A stretch of DNA of 63,903 nt, the filler included. It is 9 parts of 9 records of this genome, joined end to end, with 100 filler letters (N's around TTAATTAATTAA, not from the genome) between each part and the next. Parts side by side here need not be neighbours in the genome. Positions count along the whole stretch, not along the records: positions 7,693 to 15,178 come from SRR20825010_1832; positions 15,279 to 19,840 come from SRR20825010_1834; positions 19,941 to 23,873 come from SRR20825010_1846; 6 more parts are not named here. One strand, given 5' to 3'. A model generated the notes under the pieces. It saw nothing but the letters and a program-made list of their open reading frames with translations. It was not told the origin of the DNA and did not search any database. Positions within the stretch are counted from its first letter, which is position 1, and every line of letters starts with the position of its first letter. Below, in pieces: positions 10,557-21,697 of the stretch. The translations under genes were made by a program, and so were the position numbers.

Positions 10557-11063
10557 ATGAAAACTTCGTTGGCACGTAACAAACACAAAGGGGCCGCACT
10601 GATAGAAATACTCATTGCGAGTTTTCTTTTCGCCATTGGTTTTCTCAGCTTAAGCAGCCTGCAAACACAATCTTTTAAATCCTCCTATGTTGCAGAGAGG
10701 CGTGCACACGCATCCATGCTTGCGGTGGACTTGACAGAAAGAATGCGCGCTAGCAAACCTTTCATTGAAACATTCGAACTGGGCGGGAAAAGGGTTAATG
10801 TCGAAAATTTAATCAAGCTGCTAAAAAACAAGCCGGTAAGAAAAAGACATGATGACGTTGCATTGGATAGCCTTGTCAGGTGGCATAACCAAATGATCAA
10901 GTTACTTCCAAACGGACGCGGTTGTGTTGACTTTTTAAATCGGCGAAAAGTGGTGGTAGTGGAGATAATGTGGCGAGATACCTCCACCACAGAAAAAGGC
11001 TACAACTGCGAAACAACACCAAGTAGTTCAGAAAACTATTACAGACTGATGGGTAGATTATGA
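10557..11063 (+). CDS. pilV: Type IV pilus modification protein PilV
   Basis: KG|AALIE, IGFLSLSSLQ, DLTERMRA, LLPNGRGC; position in the cluster. Confidence 0.8.
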   Translation: MKTSLARNKHKGAALIEILIASFLFAIGFLSLSSLQTQSFKSSYVAERRAHASMLAVDLTERMRASKPFIETFELGGKRVNVENLIKLLKNKPVRKRHDDVALDSLVRWHNQMIKLLPNGRGCVDFLNRRKVVVVEIMWRDTSTTEKGYNCETTPSSSENYYRLMGRL

Positions 11064-11821
11064 GCACGTTCCAAGCAATTCATGGAAGAAAAGCCATGAA
11101 AGCCTACACCCTGATTGAACTGATGATCTATGTTTTCCTAAGTGCGATCGTTGTTTCATCCGCATTTGCAGGCATATCGAGCTTTTACCACAACAATTTT
11201 TCCCACAACGGCATGTTTTCAATTCTTGAAAATGCCAGGCTGCTGCAAGAATCAATCAATCACGAAGTAAAAAAGGCTGGTTACAAATACAAACCCACAT
11301 CGAGTGATCTTCACCGATTTCCCGAGGAATTCGGATTCAAAGCAGGAGAGTCGATTATTCTTCGGAATGACTTTATTCTTTTCTACAGATTCTATGGAGA
11401 TAGAGACGACGACTTTCTTGCATCTTTCGACTGCACAGGACGAGATCTTCCAAGGGTCAGCGTGATTTACTACGTACGAATTCGCCAGGTGGGCAACAGT
11501 GTCACTTGCCAACGTTTTGAAAGAGACGAGATAGCGAGCAACCCCAATAGATTGAGTGGACTCGACCCGGTTGCCGACCCGGTTGTGTTTGCAACAGGAA
11601 TTGAAAACTTTATTTTCTGGGCCGGAATGGACGATGATGACGATGGTTACGTCGATTTTTATGTTCGAGGAGACAACTTTAAAAACCGCATTGAGGCAGG
11701 TGATGTTGTCAGCCTGAGATATCGGTTTGATGTGGTGGTAAATGACAATACAACAACCACAAATCAGGGTAGAGCGATGATCCGTGAACCCTTTGACCGG
11801 GTTATATATCTTAGGAATTAG
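11060..11821 (+). CDS. pilW: Type IV minor pilin PilW
   Basis: A|YTLIELMI, ENAR...KKAGY, GIENF...GMDDDDDGYVD. Confidence 0.78.
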   Translation: MSTFQAIHGRKAMKAYTLIELMIYVFLSAIVVSSAFAGISSFYHNNFSHNGMFSILENARLLQESINHEVKKAGYKYKPTSSDLHRFPEEFGFKAGESIILRNDFILFYRFYGDRDDDFLASFDCTGRDLPRVSVIYYVRIRQVGNSVTCQRFERDEIASNPNRLSGLDPVADPVVFATGIENFIFWAGMDDDDDGYVDFYVRGDNFKNRIEAGDVVSLRYRFDVVVNDNTTTTNQGRAMIREPFDRVIYLRN

Positions 11822-11825
11822 AAAG

Positions 11826-12407
11826 ATGCGCCAATTTCTCAATAGATCAAACCGATTAAATGGCTTTGCCTTGGTTATTGTGCTGATAACACTTTTCCTT
11901 GGAACAATTGCCAGTGCCTCGTGGATTCGAAGCAACACGCTGAACCTTCGCGTTACATCCGGATCGAACGATTATGATATTGCATACACCGCCGCCAGCT
12001 TGGGTTTAAATTATGCTGAGCAATGGTTAACTTCCAACAACTCGCCGTTCATGCCATTTAACCCAAATATCGACTTCCCAAAGTACCGAAAAATTGGTGT
12101 TCATACATTTGAGAAAGGTGTCTCGATTGATCAGGCTATTAATCGCAATCAGGTATTTTCTGTTTCCAAGCAATTTGTAAATTCCAACGGCGGAAAGGAA
12201 TTTTTCCCCTTGGTGACACCGATTCCAAACGTATCCAGCCAACCGGTATTTATGGTGCGACTGGTCAGACATTCTTGTGTACCTCCCTTCGAACAAGCCC
12301 TTGTCAGAGTGACTGCTCGTGGGTCGGGAATAGACCCAAACACCACATCACAAGTAAGCAAGTTGTTATTATTAAATGTGAAATGTGATTTCTCACTTTC
12401 TTTGTAA
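11826..12407 (+). CDS. pilX: Type IV minor pilin PilX
   Basis: G|FALVIVL lacking Glu5 as typical of PilX, AEQWL, RVTARGSG; start at MRQF inferred. Confidence 0.75.
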   Translation: MRQFLNRSNRLNGFALVIVLITLFLGTIASASWIRSNTLNLRVTSGSNDYDIAYTAASLGLNYAEQWLTSNNSPFMPFNPNIDFPKYRKIGVHTFEKGVSIDQAINRNQVFSVSKQFVNSNGGKEFFPLVTPIPNVSSQPVFMVRLVRHSCVPPFEQALVRVTARGSGIDPNTTSQVSKLLLLNVKCDFSLSL

Positions 12408-12446
12408 AGATTGTGACTGCGATTTGTCAAGAAAGGATTTTGTAAA

Positions 12447-14354
12447 ATGAAATCGAGCAATATTCGTTATTATCTTCTAGCTTGTATGCTGGGATTGAAC
12501 ACTATATGTTCAAACGCAGTTGCCGACATTAAGTTCCTGGAAGACAACCGGGCTGAAGGCTCTTACATTGGATCGGGGGCAGTCAACGCCCCGCAGATCG
12601 GCAATTTGATAGACGTACCACCCAAGCTGTTTTTAAACCCCAGAGGAACTTTTTTTTACTGGTATGTTCCTTCGTACTATCAAGAAAGTCCCCCGATTTA
12701 CACCAACAAACGATTTGATGGTAATTTCATCGCACGCCAATTCAGAGATAGCAGTTTTGCAACTGTAAACCCTAAGGCAGTATTTTATTTTTGGTCTGCA
12801 GAGTTGCAATTGAAAAAAAGAACAAATCCCCGAATTATTATTACCGGGGATGGGGTTTTGCAAAACCCTGCGTCCGGCAAACCAGGAAACAAAACGTTCC
12901 TTTTTTCCCCCAACGAATTGCCCACCGCACTTCGAAACAGAATTGACACCAACGAATCAAAAGCCAAGTCAATCATTCGATACATGCACGGGGAAGCCCT
13001 ACCCGTCGGGTTTACCCAACGTTCCAGCCAACTGGGCCAGGTTATTAACTCAAATATTCTGTATCACAAACACAGTGAAAACAGGCAGATAGTTTATGTT
13101 GGTGCCGATGATGGAATGCTGCACGCATTCAATGCTGAAACGGGCGAAGAGGAATTTGCCTACATGCCCAGCTCAATACTTCCGAATTTAAACACGCTGA
13201 CAACAGAAGCTGGTTACAACATATCGAAACGCCCCCTGCACACTGTCGACGGAAAAATCAGGATTTACACAATAAAAAAGAATGGGAAGAGTATCCAAAC
13301 CATATTGATCGGCACTTTGGGCGAAGGGTTAAAGGGCTTGTACGCCCTTGACATAACAAAAGGTGGTAGAGAAACAAAAATACTCTGGGAGCTTTTTTCC
13401 GGAAACAAAATGGGCCACATCGAAGGTTCAGTTGAAATTGCCATATCGGAAGCTGGCTCAGGCAAAGCCAAACCAATGGTGTTTATCGGAAACGGACTCG
13501 GGTCCACAGCGAATACAGCCACCTTGTTTGGCATTAACATTCAGAATGGAAGGATTGAATTTGAGAGGGATGTTCCCAATGGTCCAAACTCAACAACGAA
13601 CAAGGGTCTTTTTGCACCTGCGCTGACCGATATAGATCTGTTTGAAGTGGCAGACCACGCCTATGCCGCCGATTCAAGTGGCCAGCTGACGCGGTTTAAT
13701 CTGAAACATTTTCAAGAATCAGGCGGTCTATACAGAATTTACAGGAAGCCGAACCCAAGCAGGACGGAATTTGTTTCATCAAAGCCGGCGATACTTAGAC
13801 ACCCTAAAGGTGGGAATGTGGTCAGTATTGTTACCTCACAAAAAGACGGCAAATCAACCCCAGAGGTGGTTGGAATCTGGAGCACGGTACTTCAAGATGA
13901 CTTTACAATACAGAATTTTCAGAATTTTGACATAAAAAATGCAAGCTACCAATCAGACGGCAACCCGGGTCGGGCACTGGTAGGCGACAGCAACCTGCTA
14001 AAAGTAAACTGGAACAAAAACAGTGCCTGGCGCATTAACCTTCAAGAGGGCGAACAGATCAGGCATCAAGACGCATTCCAGTTCAATGGTCGCCTTTATT
14101 TCTCCAGTATATTGAGTTCCGGGGCTTATCATATAAACCGGATTGGAATTATCGATCCAACCTGGTCAGCCTGCGGCACCATTATTTATGCATCAGAAGG
14201 CAACGGCACCGACAAGCAGTGCCAAGACCAACACTTCATATCTGAAGTGATGGATCGTCGATTGATGGTTCAACCCAACTTGGTTTTGCTTAACCACACA
14301 GCATTTCGACCGAGAAAAGTTGAGGAAATATGGCGCGAGGAGTTCATTCGATGA
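12447..14354 (+). CDS. pilY1: PilY1/PilC beta-propeller pilus adhesin (short form)
   Basis: Signal peptide, VYVGADDGMLHAFNAETGEEEFAYMP, VDG, YALDIT, LWE. Confidence 0.8.
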   Translation: MKSSNIRYYLLACMLGLNTICSNAVADIKFLEDNRAEGSYIGSGAVNAPQIGNLIDVPPKLFLNPRGTFFYWYVPSYYQESPPIYTNKRFDGNFIARQFRDSSFATVNPKAVFYFWSAELQLKKRTNPRIIITGDGVLQNPASGKPGNKTFLFSPNELPTALRNRIDTNESKAKSIIRYMHGEALPVGFTQRSSQLGQVINSNILYHKHSENRQIVYVGADDGMLHAFNAETGEEEFAYMPSSILPNLNTLTTEAGYNISKRPLHTVDGKIRIYTIKKNGKSIQTILIGTLGEGLKGLYALDITKGGRETKILWELFSGNKMGHIEGSVEIAISEAGSGKAKPMVFIGNGLGSTANTATLFGINIQNGRIEFERDVPNGPNSTTNKGLFAPALTDIDLFEVADHAYAADSSGQLTRFNLKHFQESGGLYRIYRKPNPSRTEFVSSKPAILRHPKGGNVVSIVTSQKDGKSTPEVVGIWSTVLQDDFTIQNFQNFDIKNASYQSDGNPGRALVGDSNLLKVNWNKNSAWRINLQEGEQIRHQDAFQFNGRLYFSSILSSGAYHINRIGIIDPTWSACGTIIYASEGNGTDKQCQDQHFISEVMDRRLMVQPNLVLLNHTAFRPRKVEEIWREEFIR

Positions 14355-14773
14355 TCCACAATATTCAAATGCATAAACGTCAATACACCCATGGCTTTAC
14401 ATTGGTGGAAATCATGATTGTCATAGCGATCATTGGTGTTTTGGCGTCGCTCAGCTTATTCAACAATGGTAATGCAGTGGAACGAACCCTGTACCGCACT
14501 GCGCAAAACGATTTGCTTGAGCTTGCCAATCACCTGGAAAGAGAATATTTGCGGACGAATAACTATCCTCCAGAAACGTTCACGTTACCGTTCACCACCA
14601 GCCCAAGGAACGAAAATCAGGCTCCTTACACAATTAATTATAGACCCGACAACAATCGGAGAAATTTTATACTGACAGCAGCCCCAAGAGTTGGCGATGC
14701 TCGTGCCACCAGGTGCGGCACGATCACCTTAAACAACGTTGGACAATGGACCACCAATACCGTGTGTGACTAA
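14351..14773 (+). CDS. pilE: Type IV minor pilin PilE
   Basis: G|FTLVEIMIVIAIIGVL, LERE, FILTAAP, CGTITL and C-terminal Cys pair; start uncertain. Confidence 0.82.
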   Translation: MIHNIQMHKRQYTHGFTLVEIMIVIAIIGVLASLSLFNNGNAVERTLYRTAQNDLLELANHLEREYLRTNNYPPETFTLPFTTSPRNENQAPYTINYRPDNNRRNFILTAAPRVGDARATRCGTITLNNVGQWTTNTVCD

Positions 14774-14791
14774 GCGCGCAATGATGGGATT

Positions 14792-14836
14792 AAAAAAAGG
14801 ACCTGAACGCAATGGGCATTCAGGTCCTTTGTTTTT
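14792..14836. terminator. Bidirectional intrinsic terminator between pilE and tRNA-Ile2
   Basis: AAAGGACCTGAA...TTCAGGTCCTTT stem flanked by an A-run and a T-rich run, between convergent genes. Confidence 0.8.
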
Positions 14837-14915
<79 letters not shown>

Positions 14916-14938
14916 CTTCTTTTACCTTTTAAATGTTT

Positions 14939-15178
14939 TTACTCGCCTTCCAGGAAGCTTTTCAGCTTGTCTGAACGGCTGGGGTGGCGCAGCTTGCGAA
15001 GTGCCTTGGCTTCAATCTGACGAATCCGCTCGCGGGTTACATCAAATTGCTTGCCCACTTCTTCCAGCGTGTGGTCGGTGCTCATTTCGATACCAAAACG
15101 CATGCGCAGCACTTTGGCTTCGCGTGGGGTCAGTGAGTCAAGCACGTCCTTGGTCACAAAACGCAGGCTGCTGTATTG
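14939..15178 (-). CDS. rpoD: RNA polymerase sigma-70, region 4 (5'-truncated)
   Basis: [15 protein letters not shown]...[33 protein letters not shown]. Confidence 0.95.
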   Translation of the reverse strand, partial: QYSSLRFVTKDVLDSLTPREAKVLRMRFGIEMSTDHTLEEVGKQFDVTRERIRQIEAKALRKLRHPSRSDKLKSFLEGE

Positions 15179-15278
15179 NNNNNNNNNNNNNNNNNNNNNN
15201 NNNNNNNNNNNNNNNNNNNNNNTTAATTAATTAANNNNNNNNNNNNNNNNNNNNNNNNNNNNNNNNNNNNNNNNNNNN
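15179..15278. other. Artificial contig spacer
   Basis: N-run + TTAATTAATTAA + N-run. Confidence 0.99.
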
Positions 15279-18200
15279 GGCTGGGTTGGCCTATGGTCAG
15301 GTAACCCAATCCCACATCGTTCAGCAGTTGCAAGGCCTGCGCAATGGCGGGGTGCGCTTCAAAAAACGGGGCGGCCTCTGAACAACTCATGTTCAGAATT
15401 TCCGCGGCGGTTTTGTCGCGCCAAGTGACTTGTAAGGTTTCGGGGTTGAAGCGTTTTCCACGGCAGGCTTCGCACACCACTTTCACATCGGGCAGGAAGT
15501 TCATTTCAATGGTTTGCATGCCTTGGCCGTCGCACACCGGGCAGCGGCCCGGCCCAGCGTTGAAGCTGAAGCGGTTGGCCGCAAAGCCGCGCATGCGGGC
15601 TTCAATGGTGTCGGCCAACACATTGCGAATTCGGTTCCAGAAGCCAATGTAGGTGGCTGGGCAACTGCGCGGTGTTTTTCCAATCGGGGTTTGGTCTACC
15701 TCAAGCACACGGGCCACTTGTTCAGCGCCTTCAATTGCATCGCAGGCAAACCAGTTGTGGGCAGGCTTGCCTTTCTTGTTCTGGTTCAGCACATACTGGC
15801 GCATATTGGCCAACAAAATGTCGCGTGCCAGTGTTGACTTTCCACTGCCGGAAACCCCGGTAATTGCCACCAGGCGGCCCAGTGGAATGTCCACATTCAG
15901 GCCTGTGATGTTGTGCAGTTTCGCGCCTTGAATGCTTAAGCGCGGCGTGGCTTTTTCCACAGGGCGTTTGGGTTGCAACAGGTGCGGAATCGGGGTTTTC
16001 AAATAGCGGCCTGTCAGCGAATTTTTATCCGCCGTTACTTCAGCCACGGTGCCTTGGGAAATAATTTCACCACCCAGCTTGCCTGCGCCGGGGCCAATGT
16101 CCACCAACCTGTCTGCACGTTGCATGGTGTCTATGTCGTGCTCAACAATCACCAAGGTATTGCCCTTGGCGCGTAATTCTTCCAAGGCATCCAGCAGGCG
16201 GTGATTGTCGCGGGTGTGTAGGCCAATGGTGGGCTCGTCCAGCACATAGCAAACGCCGCGCAGGTTGGTGCCCAACTGCGAAGCCAAACGAATGCGCTGC
16301 GCTTCGCCACCACTTAAGGTGGGTGCACTGCGGTTCAAGTGCAGGTAATCCAGCCCCACCTGCTTCAGGAATTTCAAACGCCCCGCCATTTCAATTCGAA
16401 TGTCTTTCGCAATCGCGGTTTGGCGTTCGTCCAGTTCAAGCTGATCCACCCACTGCAAGGCGTCGCTTACGGTTTGGTCGGCCAGTTCGGCAATGTTGCT
16501 GTTCTTGAATTTCACGGCCAGCGCGGTGGGGTTCAAGCGTTGGCCATTGCAAGATGCACACACCATGCTTTCGCGTAAATAGGTTCCCGTTTCGTTTTCT
16601 ACGCCCTCCTCCGCGCTTTTGTCTTGCTCGGAAAGCCACTTGCCTTCTTCTCCAGTGGTTTCTGCATCGAAGCCTTCAACTTGCTCGCCCACACCAAAGC
16701 AGCTGGCGCACCAACCATGTTTGCTGTTGTAGCTGAACAGGCGAGGGTCGAGTTCGGGAAAGCTGCGTGCGCAACTGGGGCAGGCACGTTTGGTGGAATA
16801 AAAACGAATTGAAGGTGAATCGGCTTCGCTTTTGCCACTGCGTGCCGGTGCTTCCACCATCACCGTGCCTTTGCCGTATTCAAGCGCAAGTGCAAGCACT
16901 TCGCGCAGTTCTTTCTCGCCTTTGGCTTGAATGCTCAGGGTTTTAACGGGCAGTTCAATGTGGTGTTCCTGGTAACGGGCAAGCTTGGGCCAGGGGTTGG
17001 TGGGCACGTATTCACCATCCACGCGCAGGCGTTCATAACCACGGTCTACAGCCCACTTGGCAATTTCGTTGTAAATGCCTTTGCGGCCCTGCACCAGCGG
17101 GGCCAGCAGCGTAATTTCCTGCCCTTTGTAATGCTGCATGATTTGCGCCAGCATGCTGTCCATGCTTTGCGGGGCAATGGGTACTTCGCAGCTGGGGCAA
17201 TGCTGAATGCCCAGCTTGACAAACATAAGGCGCAGGAAGTGGTACACCTCGGTTACCGTGGCCACCGTACTTTTACGGCCACCACGGCTGGTGCGCTGCT
17301 CGATCGCCACGGTGGGCGGTATGCCAAAAATTGCATCTACATCGGGCTTGGCGGCGGGCTGCACAAACTGGCGCGCATAGGCATTCAAGCTTTCAAGGTA
17401 GCGGCGCTGGCCTTCGGAAAACAGAATATCAAATGCCAATGTAGACTTGCCACTGCCGGAAGGCCCGGTGATCACGGTCATCTTTTCACGTGGAATGGTC
17501 AGGCTGACGTTTTTCAAATTGTGTTCACGCGCATGCAGAATTTCAATTCCGTCGGTCAAACCGCGTTTGGTGTGTGCAGTGTTCAGCCCGTACAAGGCTG
17601 CCGCCTCTGCGAGCAAATGGTCGCTGCGTTTATTACCGTCTTTGTTGTCGCCTTTGTTCAAATCCGCAGCATCCAGCAAATTGGTTTGCGCCAGGTACTG
17701 CTTGATTGCAACACCCGTGTGGCTGGCATTGTTTTTTGCAAGTTGTTCGGGTGTGCCCTGGGCCACCAGCTCGCCGCCGTATTCGCCCGCCTCAGGGCCA
17801 AGGTCGACCAACCAATCGGCTGCACAAATTACATCCAGGTTGTGTTCAACAATCAGCACGCTGTGCCCTGCTTCCTGCAGCAAGCGAAGTGAACGCATCA
17901 GCTTGGCCACATCGTCAAAATGCAAACCGGTGGTGGGTTCATCAAACACAAACAAGTCGCCGCGCTTGGCCACTTTCTGACCACTTGCGGTGGGCTTTAA
18001 GTTGGCCAGAAAACCAGCAAGTTTCAGGCGTTGTGCTTCACCACCGCTTAGCGTGGGCACGGGCTGGCCCAAGCGCAAATAATTCAAACCAACCTGCGCC
18101 AGTGGCTGCAAGGTTTTAAGCAAGGCGGTGTCTTTCTCGAACAAGTCAAGCGCTTGGTCTACGGTCAGTTCCAGCACCTGCGCCATATTCAGTACCTGGC

Positions 18201-19840
18201 CTTTGCGTTCCAGTGTTACTTCCAGTGCCTCCGGGCGATAGCGCGTGCCATTGCATTCGCCGCAACGCAAATACACGTCGCTTAAAAACTGCATTTCTAC
18301 ATGTTCAAAGCCGTTGCCGCCGCACATGGGGCAGCGGCCATCGCCACTGTTGAAGCTGAAAAAGCCGGGTTTGTAATCACGCTCAACCGCAATTTTTGTT
18401 TTGGAAAACAGTTTGCGCAGTTCATCAAATGCGCCCACATAACTGGCGGGGTTGCTACGCGTGGTTTTGCCAATCGGGCTCTGATCGACGAACGCCAATT
18501 GTGCAATGTGTTCAACGCCATCGAGAGAATCAAATTCGCCGGGTGCTTCAGTGGGTTCGCCTTTTATTTTTTTTATTGCAGGCACCAATACGTCTTGCAC
18601 CAGGGTACTTTTGCCGGAACCGGAAACACCGGTTAGCACCACCAGCCGGTTCAGCGGCAATTTGAAATCAATGTTTTTTAAATTGTTGGCGCGCACACCT
18701 TTTATTTCAATGTGCTGTTTGGCATCGCCCAGCGGTGTGCTGGTTTCCACCACTTTTAACTCGCCTTTCAAATAGCGGGCGGTTAGCGAATTGGATTTTG
18801 AAATTTTCGACGGTGCGCCATCAAACACAATGTTGCCACCAGCCTCGCCGGGGCCGGGGCCAATGTCCACCAGCCTGTCGGCTTGGTTCATCAGTTGTGG
18901 GTCGTGTTCAACCACCACCAGGGTATTGCCTGCTTCTTTCAAACGCTGCATGGCTTGGGCCACGCGAGCAATGTCGCGGGGGTGCAGGCCCACTGATGGT
19001 TCGTCCAGCACAAACAAAGTATTCACCAGCGAACTGCCCAGCGCCGTGGTCAAGTTAATGCGCTGCACTTCACCGCCGCTCAGCGTTCTGCTTTGCCTGT
19101 CCAAAGTTAAATAGCCCAAACCCACTTGAATCAAAAAGCCCAAGCGGGTGCGAATTTCTTGCAGCACCAAATCGCTGGCTTCGTCCAGTGCGCCGGGCAG
19201 TTTCAGGTTTTTGAAAAGTTGCGCCACTTTCAACAAAGGCATTTGCACAATTTCATGAATGCTGTATTTCGCATTCTCGCTGGGCAGTTTCCACAGCAGG
19301 GAATCAGGCTTCAAGCGTGCACCACCGCAATCGCCACACGGTGTGTAGCTGCGGTATTTGGAAAGCATCACCCGCACATGCATTTTGTAAGTGCGGCTTT
19401 CAAGCCATTCAAAATAACGGGCTACGCCGTAGAAGTAATTGCCGTCCCAATTGCCATCAAAATTTGCATCGCCTTCGATCACCCACAACTTGTGTTCTTC
19501 GGGCAAATGTTTGTAAGCAATGTCGCTTGCAATGCCGCGCTTTTTGGCAAAGCGCACCAAATCTTTCTGGCAGCTTTTAAAACTTTCCGTGGTCCAGGGT
19601 TTTACAGCCCCCTCTTCCAGCGACTTGTTTTCATCGGGAATAACAAGGCCGTAATCAATACCAATGACCCTTCCAAAACCACGGCAGGTGTCGCAGGCAC
19701 CCAAGGGCGAATTGAAGCTGAAGTGGCTGGGCAGCGGGCTTGAATAATCCAGGTCGCAAGTGGCGCAGTGTAGCCCCTCGGAGAAACGCCAGGGTTCTTG
19801 CTCTTCGCCATCAACGTCTGCCAAGGCAAACACATTCACT
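15279..19840 (-). CDS. uvrA: Double-length excinuclease ABC subunit A (both ends truncated)
   Basis: Three Walker A motifs (GVSGSGKS, GPSGSGKS, GVSGSGKS), three LSGGE signatures, DEP Walker B, FSFNS zinc-finger motifs; a second UvrA start (AREHNLKNV) begins mid-ORF. Confidence 0.92.
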
Positions 19841-19940
19841 NNNNNNNNNNNNNNNNNNNNNNNNNNNNNNNNNNNNNNNNNNNNTTAATTAATTAANNNN
19901 NNNNNNNNNNNNNNNNNNNNNNNNNNNNNNNNNNNNNNNN
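19841..19940. other. Artificial contig spacer
   Basis: N-run + TTAATTAATTAA + N-run. Confidence 0.99.
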
Positions 19941-20066
19941 AAAGAAAAGCCTGCATTAGCAGGCTGGTTTGTTGGACAAGTCATGAAATCCACGTCTGGC
20001 AAGGCTAATCCGCAAGCGGTCAATGAAATTCTAAGGTCCAAGTTAGGCCTATTGTCCGATGACTGA
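19941..20066 (+). CDS. gatB: Asp/Glu-tRNA amidotransferase subunit B, C-terminal fragment
   Basis: Manual translation [41 protein letters not shown]; not in the ORF track. Confidence 0.88.
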   Translation, partial: KEKPALAGWFVGQVMKSTSGKANPQAVNEILRSKLGLLSDD

Positions 20067-20286
20067 TTAAAAAATCTATCTCGCTGATGAACGATTTGTA
20101 AACCACTTTTCCCGGAGAGTGGCCTGCCTCCGCTTGCACAAATTTGCAACACTGTGTTGCAGAGGTGATCGGGTGCGCTCATATTATTTGACGCGTCTAA
20201 GGGGTACTTGGGCGCGTGCAGTGTGTGCGTTGCGAGTCAATGGATTGTCGCCGGACAATAACGGCACATCAGGAGCTAGAGAAAAC

Positions 20287-20769
20287 ATGGCTACGAAAGC
20301 AAAAGCGAAACCTGCCGCTAAAAAGGCAGCAGTGAAGAAGCCCGCCGCCAAGAAACCGGCAGCGAAGAAAACGACAGTGAAAAAAGCTGTCGCAAAGACA
20401 ACAGCGGCTAAGAAGAAGCCCGTTGCCAAGAAGCCTGCGGCTAAGAAGACAGCGGTCAAGAAGCCTGCTGTTAAAAAGGCAGCAGCTAAGAAACCTGCCG
20501 CTAAGAAGCCTGCCGCCAAAAAAGCCGCAGTGAAAAAGCCTGCGGCTAAAAAAGCAGCAGTCAGGAAGCCTGCCGCCAAAAAGGTAGCAGTGAAAAAGCC
20601 TGCGGCAAAGAAAGCTGCGGTTAGAAAGCCTGCTGCTAAGAAAGCCGCAGTCAAGAAGCCTGCGGCTCGTAAGCCGGCGGCCAAGAAGACAGCTGCTAAG
20701 AAGCCTGCTGTACGCAAAGTTGCTGCAAAGAAGCCTGCCGCTCGTCGTAAACCGGCGGCAAAGAAATAA
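20287..20769 (+). CDS. Histone H1-like Lys/Ala/Pro-rich DNA-binding protein
   Basis: 160 aa made almost entirely of KKPAA/KKAAV pentapeptide repeats; AGGAG upstream. Confidence 0.85.
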   Translation: MATKAKAKPAAKKAAVKKPAAKKPAAKKTTVKKAVAKTTAAKKKPVAKKPAAKKTAVKKPAVKKAAAKKPAAKKPAAKKAAVKKPAAKKAAVRKPAAKKVAVKKPAAKKAAVRKPAAKKAAVKKPAARKPAAKKTAAKKPAVRKVAAKKPAARRKPAAKK

Positions 20770-20771
20770 AA

Positions 20772-21575
20772 ATGAGCGCTACTCGCCGGCCTGCCGCAAG
20801 TTCTGCGGCGGCCTCGCGCTCTTTGACTAAGGCATTGCCTGTCGCGCCCGTAAAGGCGCGGTCAAGCAATGCTAAGCTGATCGAACTTTTTTACTGGCCA
20901 ACTCCGAATGGTTGGAAAGTTTCGATTATGCTGGAAGAGTGCGGTCTGCCCTATGTGGCAAGGCCGGTGAATATCGGTGTGGGTGAACAGTTCGAGCCGT
21001 CTTTTCTGAAGATTGCGCCGAACAACCGGATGCCAGCAATTATTGATCCTAATGGTCCAGGGGGAAAACCGATTTCGATTTTCGAGTCGGGGGCTATTCT
21101 TCAGTATCTCGGCCGAAAAACGGGGAAGTTTTATCCTTCGCCCGAACGGCAGAGAGTGGAAGTGGATCAGTGGCTGTTTTGGCAGATGGCGGGGCTTGGT
21201 CCTATGGCCGGACAAGCCCATCATTTTCGCCAATATGCTCAGAAGAAAATACCTTATGCAATTGATCGCTACACTAATGAGGTTAACCGGCTTTATGGCG
21301 TGATGAACATGCGCCTGAAAGATCGGGATTACCTCGGAGGTCGCTATTCAATTGCGGACATGGCCTGCTGGGGCTGGATCGTTCCATACAAGAACCAGGG
21401 TCAGCAGCTCATAGACTTTCCCTACCTTAATGACTGGTTCGAGCGGGTTAGTGCTCGCCCTGCAGTTCAGAGAGGATTTGCCCTTGGACGCGATTTGCGT
21501 AAGGGAACACTCGGGGACAAAACCAAGGACGCTGAAAAGGCTCGTCGTATCCTTTTCGGGCAACGCGCACAATAA
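20772..21575 (+). CDS. Glutathione S-transferase, YfcG/YghU (Nu) class
   Basis: YWPTPNG, PNNRMPAI, FESGAIL, WQMAGLGPMAGQ, YSIADMA; start uncertain. Confidence 0.9.
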   Translation: MSATRRPAASSAAASRSLTKALPVAPVKARSSNAKLIELFYWPTPNGWKVSIMLEECGLPYVARPVNIGVGEQFEPSFLKIAPNNRMPAIIDPNGPGGKPISIFESGAILQYLGRKTGKFYPSPERQRVEVDQWLFWQMAGLGPMAGQAHHFRQYAQKKIPYAIDRYTNEVNRLYGVMNMRLKDRDYLGGRYSIADMACWGWIVPYKNQGQQLIDFPYLNDWFERVSARPAVQRGFALGRDLRKGTLGDKTKDAEKARRILFGQRAQ

Positions 21576-21697
21576 ACGGGACGGGGTATTGCGGGGCTTA
21601 ACGCGCCGCCCGGACCTTGATAGACTTCAGCGCGCTCGGGAAACTGGGCGCGCTGAATGTCTTTTGGCGTTTGCGTTTAGAAAATAGGGAGTTCGGT

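Noticed and set aside
20184-20717. Hydrophobic repeat ORF (AAGFLAA) resembling a membrane protein
   Set aside because: Antisense mirror of the KKPAA repeat gene, which has the RBS and fits the operon direction.
20330-20765. Periodic DNA repeats as a possible CRISPR array
   Set aside because: Codon-degenerate coding repeats with no unique spacers and no cas genes.
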